DNA of 64,000 nt. It comes from Verrucomicrobiota bacterium. Lineage in GTDB: Bacteria > Verrucomicrobiota > Verrucomicrobiia > Limisphaerales > SXTU01. The translations under genes were made by a program, and so were the position numbers. The stretch spans positions 190 to 64,189 of the forward strand of contig JACRKB010000032.1 of assembly GCA_016235545.1 (NCBI GenBank), written 5' to 3'. Below the pieces are notes generated by a model. It did no database searches and was not told the DNA's origin. It worked only from the letters and a program-made list of their open reading frames with translations. Of this stretch, positions 54,101-59,944 are shown piece by piece; the first letter of the stretch is position 1; each line of letters opens with the position of its first letter.

Positions 54101-54535
54101 GAGGTCGCGGATGAGCCTGTCAATGCCGGCGGCATGGACGCCGCCGGTGTAAATGACATCGAACTCCTTCGCGCACGGCGCTGGCGTGTGGCGCTCGTTG
54201 AAGGGGAAGAACGCGGGCGTCCAGCGGTCGGTCTCTCCCCGGCGGTTGAGCCACTCGGCGGTGAAGGGGCAGAGCGTGAGGACATTCGCGAAGCGCTCGT
54301 CGCGGTCGAGGTGATGGAAGTCGGTGGCAGACTCGGGCACCAGGAACCGGTTCGGCTCCTCGAGTTCGAGATAGACCGCGCGCTCATCGGGTGGAAGCGC
54401 GTCGAGCGCCTTGAAATCGAAGTGGCCGGCGAAGAAAGCAAAATCGCCGGCGGTCTGGCCGGCGAAGCGGGTGAAGTCGAAGTAGCGCGCGGGGTCCTCG
54501 GGGTAGGTCCGCGCATGGTCGGTGATGACACGCAT
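45188..54535 (-). CDS. Giant (~3,115 aa) multidomain glycosyltransferase: GT-B-like / SAM methyltransferase / GT2 / GT4 / GT-A-like / GT2 / TPR / GT4 / GT2 / TPR
   Basis: Single open frame; LHLGCG..HVFEHF (methyltransferase), VSIFIPAYN..DDGSTD..DSDD, FRSADVFLFGSHVEASPLVIIEA, IFSKDRALQL..FLVDD, VSVVIPCFK..NDGSPD..LDADD, ADILIYASHYDSCPRPPQEAMA, IAKNEEKFL..DTGSTD..LDADE..VHEQ, TPR helices. Confidence 0.9.
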   Translation of the reverse strand: MRVITDHARTYPEDPARYFDFTRFAGQTAGDFAFFAGHFDFKALDALPPDERAVYLELEEPNRFLVPESATDFHHLDRDERFANVLTLCPFTAEWLNRRGETDRWTPAFFPFNERHTPAPCAKEFDVIYTGGVHAAGIDRLIRDLAPFRHRFVSQLRHPAVTDFNCSYQEKLSLIARSRVTLVHNQLFVTRQQIENVARHAHWRENTAFSQLPLPGSAELLAAAPDQTWPAPQLKSRLFGAAFCRSLILCQRDPWNLVERYFEPGTEFVYFEPDRLQDILRAILADYPRYAAIAERAHQRAVREYSTTAFFEKFLRDLHPAPASKPRWKPTGGGSAERSFLAQLQQAHLWQPGAPLRLHLGCGEQRFDGYVNVDFPPAEHTVQTSVAADIFADIIRLDLPAASVDEVRLHHVFEHFDRPTALALLCRWQRWLKPGGRLTIETPDAEASARLLTEPQPSFAQKQVVLRHLFGSHEAAWAVHYDGWYPAKYQRVLGALGFGEVHCQLGEWQMTRNVTATAVKVVMRSPGELATAVADILRENLVDASASETRLHSIWMEKFTQLHGALTISNSQCQSAECEPNATRRAFSLPRRRGEGGRRPDEGWEVPTPPHVTPHPNPLPSSEEASGSRTAAVCAAPVATATTLSARPPLVSIFIPAYNREHYLPTTLDSLLAQTFGDFEILLADDGSTDRTLAIARDYAQRDPRIRVLALSHRGEVAARNEAVMAAHPGSRYLLNHDSDDLSLPDKLAKLVAHLETHADIAAIGCFAEYFDDTGKSLGCPPLEHEPARIRATFGKLNSMVNSAALIRRAVFEQVGPYREAFRSVDDYDFFARALLAGFELANLPEVLHRIRLHPASVGSTRAQQQEELAAIIRADYQAGQVASRATTPEARTPRRAGGSTRLNLLHTVEFYAPHTGGAELVVQQLSERLARRGHRVTVATTKLPDRAFRELNGVGIVEFAVSGKLAEGVNGEFARYQQFLREFNCDVMMNYAAQQWATDLAMPLLQELRPRRANVLAPCGYSALADAGTLRWPQFRAYFQDFLPAVLPLYDAAVYHSATYQDFAFGERLGLKNGLVIPNGTDTDEFTRPLAVNFREKYRLTTRHFGLCVANFMPGKGQERVLETVRRMARPDFTMVFIGHDGGTLAALRAQAAGLNVRFLTGVPREDVVAAFRSADVFLFGSHVEASPLVIIEAKAARLPFVSTDCGNVREWQGGVVCAPDDMAAQASHLLDNESLRVQLAEAGHREWKEKLTWDSVVDRWEELYLRLAHARTRAGDLQSPSVASPATSGCCNAPSPVAVAPTAGDCKSSAQPLEPAAITAVIFSKDRALQLDATIRSFYRHCRDAGRAKLRVLHCASDTAHRVQYAALTREYPAAEFIAEQRFKTDLLQSIAGADQVLFLVDDNLFVRDFTLAELSAQLAIEPRAVGHSLRLGRNTTYCYPLNRAQALPTFAEPGAATLAFAWPGADCDFAYPLEVSSSLYRLADLRPLLESLDFNNPNTLEARLAESAPRFRESHPLLLCVPQSLTFCAPVNKVQADFNNRAGARNELSPATLARLFAEGQRVNVAAYDGFTPNACHQEVELLLVAKSACPPLVSVVIPCFKQAHLLPEAVASVLAQTHAEWEIIIVNDGSPDDTSAVAERLIRENPSHRIHLLNQPNQGLAMARNNGIALALGKHILPLDADDGLAPDFLAKTVAVLEANPDTHIVFTDLLRFGDADGVFQTGEFSLAKLATLNQLNYCSLYRREVFDAVGGYNPNLVWGYEDWDFWIGAAERGFKARKIAEPLFRYRIKAGSMLTTAAKRDAELRARIVLNHPKTYDAASHEWASQVWARVAPEAEAQRPAVFVSEHIARAETHFSQGNLPGARDALRQAVALLPESGELREALGSVLFQLGELEPARVEFVLAVRHKPRSAAAHLKLATTAVQLGRVEEFEAALARALELEPENLDALRLLARLNREAGRWADAAKVFGRILQQSPDCVDTLLGLAFCLQHAGDRETARLVIARALELEPDNAIAKENLAVLCGGGNDRAEAVETAAASPAHSTGLKPGADERVEESALRAAQGSAVPASPPREAAATPDRTLRVTYLIESILGVTGGNQTLLRQAEELRRKGHDVTIVTRTEKPDWFQFQVRVVRVPEGQGMATSVPPSDVVVSTYFTNTHELKAVTAPVKVYYAQGDQYVFADATLPDTEQHRLLRELSGLSYQAPGVRFVANSHNLARAVERTTGRKADAILPVCTDQTVFRPLSRALPGSKLRLLIVGPDSRGTREEPLTFKGIQEIHDALTLLAKRCPHFTAVRISGTGPEIFAKFPCEFHVAPADELKTFLFGTADILIYASHYDSCPRPPQEAMAAGAAVVCTDTPGAREYCREGVNCLLVPVGSPEAIAEAVEKLMRDRSLRERLVQGGLATAKDFPREREWDEWEKLLLAFAGEGQRAAPAPAPAPFITDVARGGDTASGSLPTFQLKLPPVGRVGDLTVARAALQRGQHFAAWTETLMALEARPFHPEAWLLLAETAQAAGDVAMARECAARARQLVPHWRAAKRFHKALQSRGRVSNVRWPALPAKAGQPRLTIFVIAKNEEKFLGQCLDSVRGLADQLIVVDTGSTDSTVEIAKMRGAEVYSHPWEDDFSAARNAALAHATGDWVMFLDADEELPACEHAKLRADMAAADVLAVRLRLQNVGQEEDGQCYVPRLWRNAPGLFFYGRVHEQVFPSILVKCEAWGMETRLGTATLRHHGYSAEVIADRNKIERNLRLLRRAIEELPGEPMLLMNMGLELVRSGQLREGLEHYRSAFSQLAGLPKKDVVPELREALLTQYVCHLHTAKEFAEVLRVVESPLAQQGGLTASIHFMAGLAALELKQFSDGAGQMHQCLAKRDEPTLSPVNRDIRKAGPHHVLALCRWGAGQHAETEKAFLAALAEDAGARAARFDFARWLGERGRVVDALQTLHAMVGDAAQEPHVWLLGGQLALSRPEFIEFAADWTGEAVAHFPEHNGVLVQRAEALMLSQQSSEALALLRRSSQRGNAIHESARLLLELVEGTETASFAAGEAAVSREFVRWYRRLISFSAGELLATINERLEALRPHLPTAARVLSEAMEEAGQPVAA

Positions 54536-54599
54536 AAAGTTTTTCGGGCTGGGTGCGCCAGCCCGGTTGCAATCGCTCAATCCACGGCGGGAAGAGGTT

Positions 54600-55637
54600 T
54601 TAGTTGCGCTGTGCGCGGCGCACGTCGCGCACCCAGGCGAGGCCCAGCTCGAAGACGACGGGCGGGATGTAGGCCTTGCCTTGCAGGCCGAGGTAGAGGC
54701 GTTCGAGCTTCTCGACGATGTCGCCGTCGCCGAGCTTTAGTTCGAGAAGGTCGCGGCAGAACTGCGGTGTGTGCTCCATGCCGAAGACCTCGTCCTTGAG
54801 GTTGCGCCACCGGCTCTGCGGGTTGCGTTCCTGCCAGACGTAGGGCTTGCCGTAATGCACATGGTAGTCAGTCTCCATCATGATGCGCTCGGCGATGTAG
54901 GAGGCCCAGATGTCGTCGTAGCGGCCCACGCCGACGAGGACCATGAGCAGCGGGGCCAGCTCGGCGACGAAGCCGGTGTTCTGCGTGTTGAACGGCGAGA
55001 AAGTGCCGCGCTCGACGCTCACGCCGGTGTGGAGCAGGTCGGAGAAGTGCTGGACGAGCGGCTGGTTCGTGATGCGGTCCATCGCGTCAATGTCCGGGTC
55101 GCCGAGCCACAGGCCTGCGGCGACGCCGACGCGACGGTTGGTGCAGGGGCGGAGCTGGAACGGCGCGGCGGGCTGGCGCTGCTCGTAGGAGAAGCCGCGA
55201 TGAAAGACATTCGGCAAGAGCATCGTGCCGATGTTGAACCAGCCGCCGGGAAGCTGGCAGTTTGATGCGGAGATGCCGGAGTAGGGGGCGTTGAAGACCT
55301 TGTCGAAGCTCGTGAAATAGTCGTCGCCGACCGGGAGGTTGTCGTCGTCAATCGAGATGATGACCTCGGCCTTCTGGCGGATGGCTTCAAGCAACGGGAG
55401 GTTGCGCCGCATGATTTTGTTCCAGCCGATGATTTCGGAGGACTCGTAGCCGAGGTTCGCCTGGTCCTCGTCGCTGAGATACACGGCGTTGCCGAGGGAC
55501 TCGACGAAACGGCGGGTCTCGGCGTGCGGCGTCTTCTTGTCGCCAGCCACGATGATGGACACGTCGGGGCCGAGCTGGCGGTAGCGTTCGAGAACTTTGG
55601 GAACGAAAATGGTGGTGGTGATGAGGGCGGTTTTCAT
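54600..55637 (-). CDS. RGP/UDP-arabinopyranose mutase (GT75) or STELLO/DUF288-like protein
   Basis: IVAGDKKTP, ISIDDDN, FHRGFSY, GLWLGDPDIDA, PFNTQNT, GRYDDIWASY motifs; start trimmed to ATG 55637. Confidence 0.75.
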   Translation of the reverse strand: MKTALITTTIFVPKVLERYRQLGPDVSIIVAGDKKTPHAETRRFVESLGNAVYLSDEDQANLGYESSEIIGWNKIMRRNLPLLEAIRQKAEVIISIDDDNLPVGDDYFTSFDKVFNAPYSGISASNCQLPGGWFNIGTMLLPNVFHRGFSYEQRQPAAPFQLRPCTNRRVGVAAGLWLGDPDIDAMDRITNQPLVQHFSDLLHTGVSVERGTFSPFNTQNTGFVAELAPLLMVLVGVGRYDDIWASYIAERIMMETDYHVHYGKPYVWQERNPQSRWRNLKDEVFGMEHTPQFCRDLLELKLGDGDIVEKLERLYLGLQGKAYIPPVVFELGLAWVRDVRRAQRN

Positions 55638-55667
55638 GCGGGGCGGAGAGGAGTTGACTTGGTGAAA

Positions 55668-55698
55668 CGCGGCCCCGCCCACAGCGGGCGGGGCCGCG
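55668..55698 (-). terminator. Strong hairpin between flagellin and the GT75-like gene (partial terminator or mRNA stabiliser)
   Basis: Perfect 13-bp stem CGCGGCCCCGCCC-N5-GGGCGGGGCCGCG with only a short TTT tail on the minus strand. Confidence 0.6.
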
Positions 55699-55723
55699 CC
55701 AACACCCAACGAACACAACCAAA

Positions 55724-56527
55724 TTACTGCAACAGCCGGAGCACGCTCTGCGGAAGCTGGTTGGCTTGCGCGAGCATGGCGGTGCCGGACTGGACAAGGA
55801 TGTTGTAACGGGCGTAGGCGGTGGATTCGTCAGCGACGTCCACGTCCTTGATGCGCGAGCTGGCGGCGGTGAGGTTCTCGCGGCTGACGGCTACCTGCTC
55901 GGCGGTGCTGTTGAGCCGGGACTGAAACGCGCCGAGGTTGGCACGGTCGCTGGCGAGCTGGGTGATGGCCGTTTTCACGGTGGTCAGCGCGGCAGCGGCT
56001 GAAGCAGCGGTGGCCACCGAGGCGCTGGTCGCGCCCGTGTAGGCGGCGATACCCAGGTTGATGCCGGACATCGAGAAGGTGTTGCCTTCCGAATCCACGG
56101 TGACACTCAGCGAGGCGGACGCGAACAGGCTCACGCCGTTGAAGTCCTTGCTGGCCGAGCTGGTGACGAAGCTGGACAACTGGCTGAACTCCGACTGATA
56201 GAGGGACCGGTCGGTGTCGGTCTTCGTCACATCCTGCGCGAGGATGGAAAGCTCGCTCATGCGGTCGAGGGCACGGCCGATCTTCTGGAGGAAGCCATCC
56301 TGCGTCTGCGTGAACGAGATTGCGTTGCCGAGGTTTGACTTCGCGGCGGCGAGACGGTTGACCTGCGCGTCGAGCTTGAGCGAGACAGCGAGGCCTGCGG
56401 CGTCGTCGGCGGGGTTGGTGATTTTGGAGCCGGAACTGAGACGGTTCAGCGACTTGCCGAGCATGCTCTGGCTCTCCTGAAGGTTCCGGGCAGCGGACTG
56501 CGCCTGGATGTTTGTGTTGATGACCAT
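55724..56527 (-). CDS. fliC: Flagellin (minimal, D0/D1 only, 267 aa)
   Basis: MVINTN, RLSSGSKI..ADDAAGLA, RANLGAFQSRL, SRIKDVDVA, AMLAQAN..VLRLL. Confidence 0.97.
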   Translation of the reverse strand: MVINTNIQAQSAARNLQESQSMLGKSLNRLSSGSKITNPADDAAGLAVSLKLDAQVNRLAAAKSNLGNAISFTQTQDGFLQKIGRALDRMSELSILAQDVTKTDTDRSLYQSEFSQLSSFVTSSASKDFNGVSLFASASLSVTVDSEGNTFSMSGINLGIAAYTGATSASVATAASAAAALTTVKTAITQLASDRANLGAFQSRLNSTAEQVAVSRENLTAASSRIKDVDVADESTAYARYNILVQSGTAMLAQANQLPQSVLRLLQ

Positions 56528-56542
56528 AGCGGTGATGACTGG

Positions 56543-56833
56543 TTATGTTTTTTGGGTGGGCTCGACCGGTGAAACAGTCACCAGGCGGGATTTTGCCGGA
56601 GGGCAAAGGGGTTCGTTTTGAGGCGAAAGCTTGGGCAGCGGGGCTCGGCCATGCGTGAGCGCGGCCTGGTTGCTCTGCTGGATTTCGAGATATAGTTCCT
56701 CGCGGTGGATGGGAACGTCGGCAGGAGCGGTGATGCCCACCTTCACCGTGTCGCCGTCCACCCGGATGATCTTCACTGTGATGCGGCCATCAATGATGAT
56801 GCTTTCACCGAGTTTGCGGGCAAGGACGAGCAT
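56543..56833 (-). CDS. csrA: Carbon storage regulator CsrA
   Basis: MLVLARKLGESIII..VKVGITAP..IHREE. Confidence 0.95.
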   Translation of the reverse strand: MLVLARKLGESIIIDGRITVKIIRVDGDTVKVGITAPADVPIHREELYLEIQQSNQAALTHGRAPLPKLSPQNEPLCPPAKSRLVTVSPVEPTQKT

Positions 56834-56836
56834 GGC

Positions 56837-57268
56837 TCAGGCGGTGACGGAGATGGGCTGGCAGACGGGCAGCTCGGCAGCGTTGAGCGGGACGATCTGT
56901 TTGCCAATCAAAGTGCGACGGTTGACCAGCACGGGGCCCTTGAGATTGACCGTGGCGTTGTTCTGGCCGCGCAGAGTGACGAGGTTGAAGACGAGCGCGT
57001 CCTCCGGTGCGCGGAGATCGAGGAACCTCACATCCTCGTCGCTGATCTCAGGCTCGTAGTCTGCCGCGACCGCTGTCGGGGACACGACCACGAAGGCGAG
57101 ATTCGGCTGGTCAAGCACCTGCAACCACAGGAAGGGCGCCTCCTCGGGCCGCGACAACAGGACGTAGCGTTTGAACTGCTCGAAGCCGAGCAGGCCCAGT
57201 GGAAGTTGGAGGACGTTCTCGTCACGCACCGGCACCTGATCGATTGTTGATATTTCAGAGGTCTTCAT
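56837..57268 (-). CDS. fliW: Flagellar assembly factor FliW
   Basis: GLLGFE, PFLWLQ, LAFVVVSP, TVNLKGPVLVN; adjacent to csrA and fliC. Confidence 0.93.
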   Translation of the reverse strand: MKTSEISTIDQVPVRDENVLQLPLGLLGFEQFKRYVLLSRPEEAPFLWLQVLDQPNLAFVVVSPTAVAADYEPEISDEDVRFLDLRAPEDALVFNLVTLRGQNNATVNLKGPVLVNRRTLIGKQIVPLNAAELPVCQPISVTA

Positions 57269-57293
57269 AGTCTTGCGTCGTCTGGCCACGTTC

Positions 57294-57309
57294 AGCAGTG
57301 CTCGTGCCA
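57294..57309 (-). promoter_or_regulatory. Sigma54 (-24/-12) promoter for fliW-csrA-fliC
   Basis: Minus strand reads TGGCACGAGCACTGCT versus consensus TGGCACG-N4-TTGCW, 25 nt upstream of the fliW ATG. Confidence 0.7.
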
Positions 57310-57601
57310 CGGGAGAAAATCGGGCTTTGCGTTCGGAAAACCAACGAATCCACGGGATTCGGATCTTGGGCTAGGCAATTTCATCCGCGCGAGGGGTGAA
57401 AGTTTCCCTGCCGTGTGGACATGGCCTCTCGCTTGAAACAATCGGCGGATTTTCTCTTCAGGCCCACCGTGCTGCTGCCGATGACTGGTTGGAACTCGCG
57501 CCTCTGCCGCAGTTCGCAACCGCCTGCGGAGAATGCTCTCCGGCAGGCAGCGAGCACGATGCAGGCGCGGTCTGCGGCGGCGCAGACAACCAACTGGCCA
57601 T

Positions 57602-58132
57602 ATGCTTTCAACCAGCCGGGCAGGCTACGAGCAGCGCATCATCCCCATCGGCGGGCTCCTGGTCTGCGACAACCCAAAAGTCGTCCTCTGCTCCCACGCC
57701 ATTGGGATGGGTGTGGTGCTCGCGGCCTGCGACCCAGTCGCGCGCGTCGGCGGCCTCTTCCATGCCTTGCTGCCGGAGGCGCAGGCGCATCCTTCGCGGG
57801 CAAAAGAGAAGCCCGGCCTCTTTCTGGACGCCGGGCTGGAGGCACTCGAATCAACCATGCGGGCAAGCGGCGCGGTCTCATCCCGGATCCAATACTTCGC
57901 CTCCGGAGGCACTCAGGTCATGGGCACAAGCGGCAACCTCAACATAGGCCTGCGCAACACTGACACGCTTCACCGCTTGCTGGCAGCCCAGGGAATCACG
58001 CTCACCGGTGCAAACCTCGGTGGCTATTCTTGTCGATCGTTCTATCTCGCCATCGAATCCGGGGCAGCCAGCGTCATGCTCTCCGGCCACCTCCAAGAAC
58101 TCCCGTTATGTCCCCCATTGACGACTACCTGA
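57602..58132 (+). CDS. cheD: CheD-like protein lacking the catalytic Cys
   Basis: DPVARVGGLFHALLP, SGGTQVM, NIGLRN, LGGYSCRS; IGMGV in place of LGSCV. Confidence 0.75.
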   Translation: MLSTSRAGYEQRIIPIGGLLVCDNPKVVLCSHAIGMGVVLAACDPVARVGGLFHALLPEAQAHPSRAKEKPGLFLDAGLEALESTMRASGAVSSRIQYFASGGTQVMGTSGNLNIGLRNTDTLHRLLAAQGITLTGANLGGYSCRSFYLAIESGAASVMLSGHLQELPLCPPLTTT

Positions 58133-58956
58133 GCCGGGTCAAACACCTGCCGCCCGCCCCGCGCATCCTGCCGGAGCTGCTCCAGCTTCTGCGCCACCCC
58201 GACGTGGACGCCGACCAGGTCGTCAGCCTCATCAAATACGACCCGGCCCTCACCGCCGGCGTGCTCCATCTCGCCAACAGCGCCTACTTCGGCTCCGCCC
58301 GCCCGGCGGAAGATTTGAGCGAGGCCGTGACCCGGCTTGGCTTTCAGCAAGTCTATATCCTGGTCGCCGCCATCAGCGGTGCCCGCAGCCTGGCACCCGC
58401 TCAAAAAGGCTACGGCATGGGCAGCGGCGACCTCTGGCGGCATTCTGCCACAAGCGCTGTTGCCGCCCAGATCATCGCCAAAGACCTTGGCGACGATATG
58501 GACCTGGTTTTCACCGCCGCCCTCCTGCACGACATCGGCAAGATTGTGCTCTCGGACACATTGGAGTCCACCTACGCAGTCATCGTGCGCGAGACATCGC
58601 TCAACCGCTACCCGCTCCTGGAGGTCGAGCGGCGCATCCTGGGCTTCGACCATGCGCAAGTGGGCGGCCGCCTGCTGGCCAAGTGGAATTTCCCCGCCAA
58701 CCTTGTCGCCGCAGTCGAGCACCACCACCAGCCCGACCAGGCAGGCGAACACACTCGGCTCGCCGCCTACGCCCACATCGGCAACCTCGTCGCCTACGCC
58801 ATGGGCCAGGGCTACGGCAACGCTGCTTACGCTCTTGAACCCAGCCCCGCCGCGTTCCAACTACTTGGGCTGGCAGAAGACTCGCTGACGGAATTCATGA
58901 TGCGCACCTTTGATCAGATGGGCATCATTGATGCGCTCTTCCGGGTGAAGCCGTGA
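58108..58956 (+). CDS. HDOD domain protein
   Basis: LPPAP, YDPALTAGVLHLANSAYFG, LWRHS, ALLHDIGK, GFDHAQVG, HHHQP; overlaps the cheD-like 3' end. Confidence 0.92.
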   Translation: MSPIDDYLSRVKHLPPAPRILPELLQLLRHPDVDADQVVSLIKYDPALTAGVLHLANSAYFGSARPAEDLSEAVTRLGFQQVYILVAAISGARSLAPAQKGYGMGSGDLWRHSATSAVAAQIIAKDLGDDMDLVFTAALLHDIGKIVLSDTLESTYAVIVRETSLNRYPLLEVERRILGFDHAQVGGRLLAKWNFPANLVAAVEHHHQPDQAGEHTRLAAYAHIGNLVAYAMGQGYGNAAYALEPSPAAFQLLGLAEDSLTEFMMRTFDQMGIIDALFRVKP

Positions 58957-59008
58957 TGCAGCGCGGTCGACCCGGGCCACACTGAAGCTGAAACTGCGCG
59001 CGCCCCTT

Positions 59009-59944
59009 TCAGCGCAGGTAATCCAAGAGCGACTGGTTCAGGATGCTCCCGCCGGTTTGCAGCGCCGCGCGATACGCGTTCTGAGTTTCGTTCAGGCGCA
59101 CAAGCGTCTGGGCCAGATCCGCGTCCGCCTCGCCGGAGATGAGCTTCTCCACGGACAGCGACCGGCTGGCCGCGAGGCTGTCCGTCACCTCCAGCCGCGC
59201 CTGCACCGCGCCATTCTGCGCGATGTGAAAGAGAAAGTTGTCCTCGTCGCGCTGGAGCGCTGGGAGATCCGTGCCGTTCACCGCCGCCGCGTTTCCCGCC
59301 AGCAAATTGTTTTGCAGCGCGATGAGGTGGTTGAAGAAATCCGCCCCGGCCCCGCTGTCGGTGAACAGCCCGCGCGGCCCGGAGCCGCTGGTGTTCGCGC
59401 CAGCGACCTGCGCAGACACCGTCGAGCCCGCCGAAACCTCCGCCGCCGCCACGCTGGCGTTGCCCTGATACGTCACCGCCGTGACCTGGCCGCCGCTGCT
59501 CGTGCTCACCGCGAACGCGGGCTGGTCGTTCCTGGTGCCGGCAAAGACGTAGTCGCCACGGTGCTTCGTGTTCGCAAGCTGCGCCGCCTGCTGGATGAGC
59601 TGCGTCACCTCCGATGCGTAGTTGCGCAAGTCCGCCGGCGACCGCGTGCCATCGGCGAGCACGGCGATTTCGCCGGCCCGGTCCGAGATGCGACGCAGCG
59701 CGGACATGGCGCTGTAACTCACCGTGGCCTGCTCCTTGAGCGCGGCGGTGTTCTTGCGGTGCTGCTCCACCGTGCGCGCCTCGGCCTGCAAATCCAGCAC
59801 CCGGCGCATCGCGCCCGGGTCGTCTTCTGGCTGCGAGATGCGCTGGCCGGTGGCGGCCTGCTCCTGCAGGCGGTTCTGCCGGTTTGAGAGCCGGGAGAGC
59901 TGGCCCACCAGGCTTTCGGAGAACATGGTGCCGGTGACGCGCAT
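59009..59944 (-). CDS. flgL: Flagellar hook-associated protein 3
   Basis: MRVT..ATGQRISQPEDDP, YVFAGT, SLLDYLR. Confidence 0.93.
   Translation of the reverse strand: MRVTGTMFSESLVGQLSRLSNRQNRLQEQAATGQRISQPEDDPGAMRRVLDLQAEARTVEQHRKNTAALKEQATVSYSAMSALRRISDRAGEIAVLADGTRSPADLRNYASEVTQLIQQAAQLANTKHRGDYVFAGTRNDQPAFAVSTSSGGQVTAVTYQGNASVAAAEVSAGSTVSAQVAGANTSGSGPRGLFTDSGAGADFFNHLIALQNNLLAGNAAAVNGTDLPALQRDEDNFLFHIAQNGAVQARLEVTDSLAASRSLSVEKLISGEADADLAQTLVRLNETQNAYRAALQTGGSILNQSLLDYLR

Noticed and set aside
48599-54799. 1079-aa and 845-aa plus-strand ORFs
   Set aside because: Antisense shadows of the giant glycosyltransferase
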